Origin: Nanobdellota archaeon
GTDB taxonomy: Archaea; Nanobdellota; Nanobdellia; Tiddalikarchaeales; Tiddalikarchaeaceae
Direction of reading: 5' to 3'
Length of the DNA: 64,000 bases
NCBI GenBank assembly: GCA_016931175.1
Contig: JAFGFH010000022.1
Coordinates: 17,527-81,526, forward strand
Part shown: positions 19,200 to 28,430 of the stretch, piece by piece
How the letters are laid out: every line of letters starts with the position of its first letter
Numbering within the stretch: position 1 is the stretch's first letter
The notes under the pieces: generated by a model
The model's database searches: none
Seen by the model: only the letters and a program-made list of their open reading frames with translations
What the model was told of the DNA's origin: nothing
Translations under genes and position numbers: made by a program

Positions 19200-19222
19200 A
19201 ATATTATAGAATTGGAGGTTTA

Positions 19223-19885
19223 GTGTTTAAAAAAGTTTATAAGCGTGATATTTTTGCTTTCTTTATCATGAATGGTTTTGAAGTCTTAAGAACAGTCTAT
19301 GATGAATTAGGCAGGGTTAAACCAACTTTATTCAGGCAGCCTGCCAGGAATACTGTTTTACTCTACTCTGACTGGGAAGAGAAGGTGTCCGCAGTGGACG
19401 AGTATAAAGGGGCGAAGATGGTTAAAAACAGTAAAGGGGATAAGTTAATGCTAAGCCACGGGGTTAGAGTAAAAGTCTTTGACAGGGGAGGCTCGCACTT
19501 AAAAGAGGATGAAAGACTTGAAAGAATAATATTAATGGAGACGCGTTCATGGACAACAGAGTACGAGGAAGACTTCACCTCTTTCGTTAGAGGATGCAGG
19601 GAGTACACTAATACTGCAGTAATAATCTACGCAAATGCTGAATCCATCTCATGTTCTTACATATTCTCTGATTTCTTACTAGAGCATAAAGAACCAATAC
19701 TGGATGATAACGAGAGTATTAATGCAGGAAAGAGAAGTAATTTTATTGGAAACGTTATTAGCATAGAAGTTAAAGAAAATAGTGCGGATACTATAATTAA
19801 ATTCTTATTAAAATCAATAAGTGCTTATGTTAAAGATTATGACAGTTCTAAAGTCATGCAATGGGATTACGAACATTTCAACTAA
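19223..19885 (+). CDS. Hypothetical protein (220 aa)
   Basis: Clean ORF (GTG start in track). No recognisable domain. Confidence 0.45.
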   Translation: MFKKVYKRDIFAFFIMNGFEVLRTVYDELGRVKPTLFRQPARNTVLLYSDWEEKVSAVDEYKGAKMVKNSKGDKLMLSHGVRVKVFDRGGSHLKEDERLERIILMETRSWTTEYEEDFTSFVRGCREYTNTAVIIYANAESISCSYIFSDFLLEHKEPILDDNESINAGKRSNFIGNVISIEVKENSADTIIKFLLKSISAYVKDYDSSKVMQWDYEHFN

Positions 19886-19886
19886 A

Positions 19887-20618
19887 TTATTCAAGGCTTG
19901 TTTCAAAGACTTGGCTTAAGACTTCAATCGCTTCTGCAGGGATTCCATCTTTTAAGTAGAAGCTTGAACCCAATTCGTAAGCCATAACACCGTCATTAAT
20001 GCATTCAGGGTCAATGTATAAATCCCTAGTTTTAAGCAGAGAATGAGTGTCTAATATTAATCTTATTTGGCCAACGCAATGAGTGGCAGAGTTCACACAA
20101 CTAATTAACTCTTTCCCTTCCCTAAATAATTGAACGTAAGTGAAACCTTCAACTGCTCCCCAAACGCCGCCATTCTCAACACTCTTAATATTATCCTCAA
20201 CTATTTCATTATAATCTTTGTCTGAAGCGTTTAAATTTACAACGTGCATCAACCTCTTAGGAAGAAGTTCTTCTGGAACTGGAAGTAAAGCGTTCGAGAC
20301 ATGGTTTTCTTTGTCCTTTAATATCCTGAAACCGTAATCATAAGCTCTTTTCGCGAACTTAAAGAACCTATTGTCTTTAATGTCTTCACTCTGAGAACGG
20401 TAAGGATTCTGCCTGGCAGAGAACTCCAAGCCTTCAAGGTTCAAGAAACAATAATCATCATCAATACGAGTCCAGAACTCACTCTTTTCAACTGCTTTGC
20501 GCAAGCCGTACTTTAAGAAAGACCTGATAGTAAAACTGTTCTCCAAGTCATCTCCGTGATTAAAATCATCACATGGGTGCAGTAATTTAACTAAACTCAT
20601 AAATGTTTTATTAGACAA
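19887..20618 (-). CDS. Hypothetical protein (243 aa)
   Basis: Clean ORF convergent with the 19223 gene. No recognisable motif. Confidence 0.45.
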   Translation of the reverse strand: MSNKTFMSLVKLLHPCDDFNHGDDLENSFTIRSFLKYGLRKAVEKSEFWTRIDDDYCFLNLEGLEFSARQNPYRSQSEDIKDNRFFKFAKRAYDYGFRILKDKENHVSNALLPVPEELLPKRLMHVVNLNASDKDYNEIVEDNIKSVENGGVWGAVEGFTYVQLFREGKELISCVNSATHCVGQIRLILDTHSLLKTRDLYIDPECINDGVMAYELGSSFYLKDGIPAEAIEVLSQVFETSLE

Positions 20619-20884
20619 AATTGTTTTTTTAAATCTTTTCAGAAATAATATTTGCAGCAGTTAACAGTCGCTCGGGAATTCTTTCGCCGCTTGGCTTGTG
20701 AATATGCTTTTTAGGCAGGGATTCACCATCAATAACCACTGGAGGTTAACTGCTGCATTTTGCGTTGTTCGGTAAATGCTTTGACATGACGATTAATACT
20801 CTTATAATACCACCTCAAACCCCAGTATGAAAATATATATGAGCTGGTTGCTTATAAGTAGTTGTTCCGTTTTTACCTGAAAAA

Positions 20885-21592
20885 GTGGAAAATTTTACCA
20901 CTATATTATTGAAAGGTTTTAAAAAACAAAAAATTGTAAGGAATAGTATGGATTACGCAGAGTATTACGTTAGGAGGCAGCCTGAGAAGCCAGTATTTAA
21001 CATAGGAAGTGTTACGAAGTGGTTGATTATCATATGCGTTGCTAGTTTCGTGGCAATTTTTTTCATATCTGAAGATACTTTATTATACTATTTCACTTAT
21101 AACAGTGAAACTGTTTTGCAAAACCCTTGGACTTTAATTACTAACGTCTTCGTTCACGGCGACTTGTTCCACTTATTATTCAACTGTTTCGCGTTGTTCA
21201 TGTTCGGCTCACTTGTGGAATTAAGGCACGGCTCAAAGTTTACACTAGTATTATTCTTCTCAAGCGTTATACTCGCAAATATTGTGTTCGGTTTTTTTAA
21301 TCCCGGCATTTACGGGCTTGGAATCAGCGGGTACGTTTATGCTCTGATTGGTGCTGCAGTAATACTCGACCCTCAGGTTAGAGTCTTATTCCCTATTGGT
21401 TTTTTTTACACCACTGCTCCTGTCAGCATTGCCGGACCAATACTTTTCATAACTGAATTAGTTTTCAGTATTGGAAGCACTGACGGCGTCGGCCACGTCG
21501 CGCACGCTGCAGGATTCATAGCTGGAATATTAATAGGGTACGTTCAGAAGAAGAGGAGCCCGCCAGTAATAGAGAAGATTATCAGATATTAA
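20885..21592 (+). CDS. Rhomboid-family intramembrane serine protease
   Basis: Six-TM protein with catalytic GxSG (GISGYVYALIG) and a downstream His in a TM helix (HVAHAAGFIAGIL). Confidence 0.82.
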   Translation: MENFTTILLKGFKKQKIVRNSMDYAEYYVRRQPEKPVFNIGSVTKWLIIICVASFVAIFFISEDTLLYYFTYNSETVLQNPWTLITNVFVHGDLFHLLFNCFALFMFGSLVELRHGSKFTLVLFFSSVILANIVFGFFNPGIYGLGISGYVYALIGAAVILDPQVRVLFPIGFFYTTAPVSIAGPILFITELVFSIGSTDGVGHVAHAAGFIAGILIGYVQKKRSPPVIEKIIRY

Positions 21593-22100
21593 CACTTCCC
21601 TTTCTTAAAACTACTAATTTATTGTTTTCAAAAATAACTATTGTGCTTGGAGGGTTATGGTCCAACTCGTCAATGTCAATAACTTTGTTAACTGCTCTTA
21701 TTATACTCCTTGGTATGTCATCAATACTGTAAGGATTCTTGCCACCGCTAATGTTAGCGCTAGTGCTTATAATAGGCGCGTTTAACTGTTTTATTAACTT
21801 GTTAGGTATTGGATGAGGACTCCACCTGACGGCTACGTCTTGTTTTGACAACATATCAGGCACTGAAGCCTTCTTGGGTTGTATTATAGTTAAAGGTCCG
21901 GGCCAGTACTCTTCTGCCAATTTAAGAGCCTCAGGACTTACTTCTGCTATACTCTTCCACATCTCAATACTGTTAACTAATACTATTAACGGCTTTTCAG
22001 AATCCCTCTTCTTTAATTCATAGATTTTCTTGATTCCTGCTTCGTCAAAGGCGCTGCAGCCCAGTCCATAACAGGTTTCAGTAGGGTAGATAAACAGCAT
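21582..22100 (-). CDS. tsaC: L-threonylcarbamoyladenylate synthase, YrdC/TsaC-type (t6A biosynthesis)
   Basis: 172 aa YrdC-domain protein (YPTETCYGLGCSAFD...STSANISGG). Confidence 0.8.
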   Translation of the reverse strand: MLFIYPTETCYGLGCSAFDEAGIKKIYELKKRDSEKPLIVLVNSIEMWKSIAEVSPEALKLAEEYWPGPLTIIQPKKASVPDMLSKQDVAVRWSPHPIPNKLIKQLNAPIISTSANISGGKNPYSIDDIPRSIIRAVNKVIDIDELDHNPPSTIVIFENNKLVVLRKGSVNI

Positions 22101-22133
22101 AGTAAAAAAATATTTTCAGAAGTATTATAAAGA

Positions 22134-22442
22134 TTATTCTCTTATCTCCATTTCCACGTTAACTCCCTTAGGTATTGGTATTCTCATTATTAATCTTAAT
22201 GCCATCTCGTTAACTCCCAAGTCTATCACGCGTTTAGAGATTCTCATATGCCAAGTCTCGTAAGACTCTCTCCCTGCACCGCAAGGGCACTTCCTAACAG
22301 GCACTTTCAAGTCCTGCCTAGGCAAAGGTATTGGTCCTTTCATCTTAACCTTCATCCTATCTGCTATGTCTTTTATCTGACCGCAGATCTCATCCAGCTG
22401 CACAGGGTCAGTACTTGATAGTTTTACTCTAACACTTGACAT
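22134..22442 (-). CDS. rps10: 30S ribosomal protein S10 (uS10)
   Basis: 102 aa uS10 (IRVKLSSTD...KGPIPLP). Conserved position downstream of EF-1alpha. Confidence 0.94.
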   Translation of the reverse strand: MSSVRVKLSSTDPVQLDEICGQIKDIADRMKVKMKGPIPLPRQDLKVPVRKCPCGAGRESYETWHMRISKRVIDLGVNEMALRLIMRIPIPKGVNVEMEIRE

Positions 22443-22529
22443 TGTAATCTCTAAATAAAAAAGAGCGGTTTAAAAACGTTTCTGTTAAAATACTAATTAA
22501 AAAAATAAAGAAAGTGGTGAGAAGCAGTT

Positions 22530-23804
22530 TTATGCTTTCTCAACCTTGGTACAGACTCCTGCACCTACAGTCATTCCCATATCCCTTATAGCGAAAGTAG
22601 CCATTTGAGGGATTGTGTCTTTCTGTTCCATAACCATTGGCCTGCTAGGTTCGAAGACAACGATTGCTGCATCTCCTCTCTTAATAAAGTCCGGCTTCTC
22701 TTCCTTTACAGCACCAGTTCTTGGGTCAAGCTTTGCCTGTATCTCTACGATTTTACAAGCTACTTGAGCAGTTCCTGCGTGCAGTACTGGAGTATAACCG
22801 ACTGTTATTACAGTAGGGTGCTGCAGTACCATAATCTGCGCCTTGAACTTTTTCGCAACTGTTGGCGGGTTATCTGCTGGGCCAAGAACGCTTCCGCGCC
22901 TTATATCCCCCTTTCCGATTCCACGAACGTTGAATCCAATGTTATCACCTGGCTCAGCTTCCTGAACCGATTCGTGATGCATTTCTATAGTCTTTAGTTC
23001 TCCGCCAACATTCTCTGGCATGAAAACTACTTTGCTTCCAACCTTCATTACACCAGTCTCTACCCTGCCTACTGGAACTGTTCCAATACCAGTTATTGTG
23101 TAAACGTCCTGAACTGGAACTCTCAAAGGCAAGTTAGTTGGCTTCTCTGGAGGACTGAACGAGTCAATCTGCTCTAAAAGAGTTGGGCCTTTGTACCAAG
23201 GAGTCTTAGGTCCTTTAGCCTTAACATTAGTAGCATCTGCGTCAACAGCGCTTGTTGGTATAAAGTTGATATCATCAGCTTTGTAACCAACGTTAGCCAG
23301 TAATTTCTTCAAATCCTCAACTACTGCTTTGTATTTAGCTTCGTCGTAGTTGATAGTATCTATTTTGTTTATAGCAACTGCTAATTGTTTTACTCCTTGA
23401 GTTTTTAACAAGAAGACGTGTTCTGTAGTCTGTGGCTGAACACCTTCACCAGCAGCTACTATAAGCATAGCAGCGTCTGCCTGACTTGCACCAGTAATCA
23501 TGTTCTTAATAAAGTCCTTGTGTCCTGGAGCGTCGATAAGTGTTACTTCATACTTTGGAGTCTCGAATTTCTTGTGAGCTAAGTCAATAGTAACTCCTCT
23601 CTTTCTCTCTTCTGGAGAAGCGTCCAAGGCATAAGCGTACTCCCAAGTAGACTTACCAAGTTCTGAAGCTAACTTCTTGAACTTGTCTAACTCTTGGGTG
23701 CTAACAACACCAGTTTCGAACAACATTCTTCCCATTAAAGTTGATTTACCGTGGTCAACGTGACCGACGAAAACCAAGTTTAAATGTGGTTTTTGTTTAG
23801 CCAT
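22530..23804 (-). CDS. tuf: Translation elongation factor EF-1alpha (aEF1A)
   Basis: 424 aa. G1 [10 protein letters not shown]3 DAPGH, G4 NKID. Archaeal EF-1alpha length and domain order. Confidence 0.97.
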   Translation of the reverse strand: MAKQKPHLNLVFVGHVDHGKSTLMGRMLFETGVVSTQELDKFKKLASELGKSTWEYAYALDASPEERKRGVTIDLAHKKFETPKYEVTLIDAPGHKDFIKNMITGASQADAAMLIVAAGEGVQPQTTEHVFLLKTQGVKQLAVAINKIDTINYDEAKYKAVVEDLKKLLANVGYKADDINFIPTSAVDADATNVKAKGPKTPWYKGPTLLEQIDSFSPPEKPTNLPLRVPVQDVYTITGIGTVPVGRVETGVMKVGSKVVFMPENVGGELKTIEMHHESVQEAEPGDNIGFNVRGIGKGDIRRGSVLGPADNPPTVAKKFKAQIMVLQHPTVITVGYTPVLHAGTAQVACKIVEIQAKLDPRTGAVKEEKPDFIKRGDAAIVVFEPSRPMVMEQKDTIPQMATFAIRDMGMTVGAGVCTKVEKA

Positions 23805-23907
23805 TTTTTCATTTCACCTATATTTAATATAGATAAATCTGAATTTAGTGTTTTTAAACATTGCTATTTTATTGGATTAAACATGTTTTAACGAGATTTT
23901 AAGCATT

Positions 23908-24451
23908 TCAGACAAGCCCAATACTTGCAAGCAAGTATAGTATTACTATTATTGCAAGAGTTGCTGACAACATTCGAAGTATGCTTTTAATAATACTCTG
24001 CCGGCCAATCCTTGCAATCAGAACACCAAGCAGTGAGACTAAAACTACTGCTAATGAAAAGCTTGCAAAGTAAGACCAAGGAATGGGAAGCAGGAAGAAA
24101 GGTATTATCAAAGCAATCATGGAAAGGAAAGGAGACAATCCGTCAACCAAGCCGATTATTAAAGAGGTTCTCATGTTCTCTTTAACAACCCTGCTAGTCC
24201 TCTTCAAACCTTTTTCTAAAACGTCAAACTTGCGCTCAGCACGTTCTGTAAGGTAAGCTCCCCAGAAGCCTGAAACTCCCATGGCAATTCCTGAACCAAG
24301 ACAGGATAATACTATTACTTAAACGTTTGAGACTCCTCCAATCATTAAGGCAATAAGGATACCAAGAACGGTTAATACCCCGTCAAAACTGTTCATAATA
24401 AAATAACGCCTTATAATCTCGTCCTTGAACAAACCCTTGAAATCCTTCATT
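23908..24451 (-). pseudogene. CCC1/VIT1-like (TIGR00267-like) small membrane protein gene interrupted by an in-frame TAA at 24321..24319
   Basis: Upstream 43-codon ORF (MKDFKGLFKDEIIRRYFIMNSFDGVLTVLGIL...GGVSNV) and downstream 124-codon ORF (MGVSGFWGAYL...) are in the same frame, separated only by TAA. The combined ~167 aa resembles archaeal CCC1-related membrane proteins (N-x-DG-x-x-T-x-x-G motif). Confidence 0.4.
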
Positions 24452-24560
24452 GTCTATTTATAATATTAGGTGGGTAATAAAGTTTTTGAGGGAACAATTA
24501 ATTTTTTACAATATGGTAAATAAATAAGGTTTATAACCTTAGTAATTTATCCATTAAAGC

Positions 24561-24932
24561 ATGAGTGAGTCAGGAATCGTTTCAGAGCTTGAACTTTTAG
24601 GAGAGCTTGAGTCTAACCTGAAGATTTTAAACTCCTTCCCTCAGGGAAATTATTTATCCAGCGAGCAGTTCTCGGACTGGAGCAACATGATTAATTATTA
24701 TATTAAGATTAAGGAGTCTAATAGTTCGAACACTGAGTTGATGGATTTCTGCGAAGACTTTGTTGAATACTCTTACTGTTATGCTCTTGCAATAAGGGCT
24801 GGCCTTGAAAACAATGACAGGAATAAGAGGTTCAAGGAGTTCCAGCAAACAGTGTCAAAATACACTGTTAAGCAGAAAGCTCCTAATTTCGCGACTAAAG
24901 AGCAGATGGAGTCTTTCTTAAAGCATAAGTAA
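24561..24932 (+). CDS. Hypothetical protein (123 aa)
   Basis: Clean ORF inserted between EF-1alpha and EF-2. No motif recognised. Confidence 0.45.
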   Translation: MSESGIVSELELLGELESNLKILNSFPQGNYLSSEQFSDWSNMINYYIKIKESNSSNTELMDFCEDFVEYSYCYALAIRAGLENNDRNKRFKEFQQTVSKYTVKQKAPNFATKEQMESFLKHK

Positions 24933-24993
24933 TTCTTTTAAATCTTACTATGCTGCGTCAGTTTTTTAAAACTATTTTTCTCTTAAGTTATTT

Positions 24994-25206
24994 ATGGAAT
25001 CGAAAGGTATGATAGTTTATAAACTAAGAGCTTTGAGAGCAGTAACTGATGAGATGGCAAGGAGTATTGCATTAGGAGGCTACACTATTGAGGACGTTAT
25101 TCAAGAACCGAAACTGTTGCATTGCGTGTTCACAAAAGACCAGGTTGAAGAGGTAATCTACTACAACAAGCCAATACTCTGGCGTTATAGAAAAAATAAA
25201 GAATAG
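24994..25206 (+). CDS. Hypothetical small protein (70 aa)
   Basis: Short ORF. Nothing supports it beyond the ORF itself. Confidence 0.3.
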   Translation: MESKGMIVYKLRALRAVTDEMARSIALGGYTIEDVIQEPKLLHCVFTKDQVEEVIYYNKPILWRYRKNKE

Positions 25207-25222
25207 TTGAGAACTTTTTTTT

Positions 25223-27409
25223 TTACTGGTTCTCGCTCAGTCCTTTTCTCGTTCTTACCTTGGTTATAATGTCTTGCTGCATGCTTCTTGGCAGTTGTTC
25301 AAACTTAGAGTCTACGAGGCTCCATACTCCTCTTCCTTCTGTTACGCTTCTCAAGTCTCCTGTGAATCCGAAGCTTTCATTGACTGGTATTCTCGCAGTA
25401 ACGATTAATTCTTCACCCTCGAATTCAGTGTCGAGTAGTTGTCCTCTTCTGCCTCCAATCAGTTTGCTTATGTTTCCCATGTAAGTGTTCGGAGCATCGA
25501 TTCTTATCTGCTGAACAGGCTCTCTTATTATAGGACTTGCTTCCCTGAACGCTTCCTTTAGTCCGTCTCTTACAGCTGGTATTATCTGCGCTGGTCCCCT
25601 GTGTATGCTGTCCTCGTGGAGTTTAACATCAACTAGTGATACTTTTACTCCTATTACTGGCTCACGGCATAACGGGCCCTCCTTCATAACCTGCTCGAAG
25701 GCGTCAAGTACTGTTTCCATGATTTCAATCATGTGAACCTCACCTTTCGTCTTGTCAACGAACACGTTGCCCTGGAAGATGTCCTTGACTGATTTCGCCT
25801 CTTCCTTGTCCATTCCAGCATTCGCGAGAGCCTCCCATACTTTCTGGTCCTTCTTCTTTATTCTGCCTTCTGAAATCTCTCCCTCGTTTATTGACTTATA
25901 AACTCCTTCCTCTAATGGCTCCACGTATAAGTAGAACTTGTTGTGCTTGTTAGGGCTCTTTCCTTCAACCTCGTTAGGGTTCTTAGCGCTAACACCTTCA
26001 CGATAAACTACGATTGGCGGGCTGACCTTTACTTCAAGCTTCCTCTCCTTGATTATTCTCCTGTCTATTACATCCTCTAAATGCAATTCACCTAGTCCGC
26101 TTATCAAGTGCTCACCGGTTTCTTCATTAATAGTAATCTGAACAGTCGGGTCTTCCTTGCTCACATCCCTTAATACCTGGATTAGTTTTGGCAGGTCTGC
26201 CGGGTTCTTTGCCTCAATAGCTTTGGTAACTACTGGGTCAAATATGTGCTTGATAGCTTCGAAAGGTGTTATGCTAGTCTTGCTGATAGTCTCACCGCTT
26301 GTTGCATTCTTTATTCCAATAATTGCTGCAGTGTTGCCTACTGGTATGCTGTCCAGTGGAACCCTCTTACCGCAGACCATTATGAATACTTTCTGCGCTT
26401 TCTGCTTGCCAGTCTTTGATAATATAACCTCTTCTCCCTCATGCAGTACTCCTGAGAATACTCTACCGAATACTAGTTCTCCAAATGTTGGGTCTGTTGT
26501 TATCTTGGTTACTACGAATACTAGTTCACCGTTAGGGTCGCAGTTCACTAATGATTTACCAACAGCTGATTCCAAGTCTCCTCTCCACAAGTGAGGCACC
26601 CTGTACTTCTGAGCCTTGTCAGGACCTGGGTGGTGCCCGATAGTCATGTCCAATACTACCTCGTGCAATGGTGCTTTTTCTGCAAGTTTTTCAACCTTTT
26701 CTTTTATCTCATCCTCGCTTCCAGTGTAAGCGTCTATAACATCTTTGAATGATAATCCCTTCTTCTGCATCTGGGGTATGCTTAAAGCCCATTTGTGGAA
26801 TGCGCTTCCGAATGCTACGCTTCCGTCCTCAACCCTTACTTGCCACTCTTTTTTGAAATCAGCAGGCGCGAGTGCAGCTATCATCTTGTTAACCTTCATT
26901 ATTGTCTTAATGAATCTCTGCTGCATTTGTTCAGGAGTAATCTTTAACTCCTTCAATAACCTGTCAACCTTGTTTATGAATAATACAGGCTTGACTCTTT
27001 CCCTGATTGATTGCTTTAATACTGTCTCTGTCTGGGGCATTACTCCCTCAACAGCGCATACTACGACTAGTGAGCCGTCAACAGCTCTTAGTGAACGAGT
27101 TACTTCTCCTCCGAAGTCAACGTGTCCTGGAGTGTCAATTAAGTTGATTAAGTAATAATTATCCTTGTAGTGGTGAATCATGGTAACAGCGGTTGCGAGA
27201 ATAGTTATTCCTCTCTGCTGCTCCTCCTCTAAGAGGTCTGTTCCCCTGGCCTGGCCTGCTACTTTGCTTGATAATAACCCAGCACCTGCAAGTAATGAAT
27301 CGCTTAAAGTGCTCTTACCGTGGTCAATGTGAGCTATTATGCCAAGATTTCTTATCTGACTCGGCTGCTTCATTAAGTCCTTAATGTTAATTTCTTCTTT
27401 CTTTGCCAA
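25223..27409 (-). CDS. fusA: Translation elongation factor EF-2 (aEF2)
   Basis: 728 aa. G1 AHIDHGKST, G3 DTPGH, G4 NKVD, and the diphthamide-region His (SIHRGPAQ). Appears to start with TTG. Confidence 0.97.
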   Translation of the reverse strand: MAKKEEINIKDLMKQPSQIRNLGIIAHIDHGKSTLSDSLLAGAGLLSSKVAGQARGTDLLEEEQQRGITILATAVTMIHHYKDNYYLINLIDTPGHVDFGGEVTRSLRAVDGSLVVVCAVEGVMPQTETVLKQSIRERVKPVLFINKVDRLLKELKITPEQMQQRFIKTIMKVNKMIAALAPADFKKEWQVRVEDGSVAFGSAFHKWALSIPQMQKKGLSFKDVIDAYTGSEDEIKEKVEKLAEKAPLHEVVLDMTIGHHPGPDKAQKYRVPHLWRGDLESAVGKSLVNCDPNGELVFVVTKITTDPTFGELVFGRVFSGVLHEGEEVILSKTGKQKAQKVFIMVCGKRVPLDSIPVGNTAAIIGIKNATSGETISKTSITPFEAIKHIFDPVVTKAIEAKNPADLPKLIQVLRDVSKEDPTVQITINEETGEHLISGLGELHLEDVIDRRIIKERKLEVKVSPPIVVYREGVSAKNPNEVEGKSPNKHNKFYLYVEPLEEGVYKSINEGEISEGRIKKKDQKVWEALANAGMDKEEAKSVKDIFQGNVFVDKTKGEVHMIEIMETVLDAFEQVMKEGPLCREPVIGVKVSLVDVKLHEDSIHRGPAQIIPAVRDGLKEAFREASPIIREPVQQIRIDAPNTYMGNISKLIGGRRGQLLDTEFEGEELIVTARIPVNESFGFTGDLRSVTEGRGVWSLVDSKFEQLPRSMQQDIITKVRTRKGLSENQ

Positions 27410-27464
27410 AACCTTATCACCTTATTTTTTCAATAACAAAAATAACTTTAAAGGTTTTATAAAG

Positions 27465-27971
27465 TTAACTGATATAAGCGGGTGCAGAAGTGCTTGTTGG
27501 AACAGGATTTACTTTTTCACGAGCCTTCTCGTTTATCTCCTCAGCTGCAGTGTTAACTAACAGGTTATACTCTTCCTTAGTCTTAGGAGGGTAATTCATA
27601 AAATACTTGTTCCAATTCTTGCAGTAATTGTTCAATAAGTCCTTGGCAGTATTATCATCCCTTATATCAGAGTCTAAGTTGGTGTAAACCCTGTCAGTAA
27701 AATCGTTAGTGTTAATCTTTTCACTCTTAACTATGCTCTCTAAACCGCTTTTTTGATTATTAATTACTTTAGGATTACTTTTCACAGTCTTAGGCTTTGC
27801 CAAGTACTTGCTTGCCTGGTTAGTACTAGCAGCTCCGTAAGTCATTATGCTCCCGAATATGAATGCTAGAGGTGCGAATATCGGCGCTGCTATGCAAGCG
27901 GTGAAGTACGCGAAAACTCCTGAAGCGCTTAATCCTCCAAGGTAAGTTATTGCTTTTCCTGCTTTTACCAT
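27465..27971 (-). CDS. Hypothetical membrane protein (168 aa)
   Basis: Two predicted N-terminal TM helices then an Asn/Lys-rich soluble part. A palindrome+TATA motif upstream is shared with the 16827 gene promoter. Confidence 0.5.
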   Translation of the reverse strand: MVKAGKAITYLGGLSASGVFAYFTACIAAPIFAPLAFIFGSIMTYGAASTNQASKYLAKPKTVKSNPKVINNQKSGLESIVKSEKINTNDFTDRVYTNLDSDIRDDNTAKDLLNNYCKNWNKYFMNYPPKTKEEYNLLVNTAAEEINEKAREKVNPVPTSTSAPAYIS

Positions 27972-27990
27972 GCATTATTTTAGAACAAAA

Positions 27991-28022
27991 TCTACTTAAA
28001 AATGTTACTAAGCAGTAGTGAC
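27991..28022 (-). promoter_or_regulatory. Putative promoter/operator upstream of membrane-protein gene 27465..27971 (second copy of the motif)
   Basis: Read on the minus strand as gtcactactgcttagtaacatttttaagtagattt. It shares the tcactactgctYagta...ttWtaagtagattt pattern with the 18608 element and lies 20-50 nt upstream of the ATG. Confidence 0.45.
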
Positions 28023-28070
28023 ACTTCTTGGGGGAAAGTTTTTTATTATGGATTCTTTTCTTGAAAATTT

Positions 28071-28430
28071 ATGAGTTTCAAGAGTGTTTTGGATCTGGAT
28101 TTTTTAATGATGGATTTGTCACTAGTTTATGAGACGAATAGTGTGTGCAGGGAGGAGATTTTATACGCTGGCGGGAAGAAGATTATAGAAACCCATTATA
28201 CTGTAGAAGGTAAAATGTTCCAATTGAAAGAGAATGATAAGGGTTTTATTCTTAAGAGCAGTGATTCAGTTATTAAAGTTGATAACCTGCTTGAAGCAGT
28301 TAAAAGGGTTTACTTAAAGATTAACTGGAAGCGTTTCAAGAATCAGATAACAAGTGCTGGTTTTGACTGGGAAGAGTTCTACAAAGAGGTTAAGATTAAA
28401 AAACACATGATTAAAAAAGAAGAGATTTAA
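28071..28430 (+). CDS. Hypothetical protein (119 aa)
   Basis: Clean ORF. No motif recognised. Confidence 0.4.
   Translation: MSFKSVLDLDFLMMDLSLVYETNSVCREEILYAGGKKIIETHYTVEGKMFQLKENDKGFILKSSDSVIKVDNLLEAVKRVYLKINWKRFKNQITSAGFDWEEFYKEVKIKKHMIKKEEI

Noticed and set aside
18659-19201. Long form of the msrA ORF starting at 19201
   Set aside because: The first ~29 codons coincide with a well-formed tRNA-Ser on the same strand. MsrA homology begins at the internal Met (MRKAVFGAGCFWH), so the start was moved to 19114.
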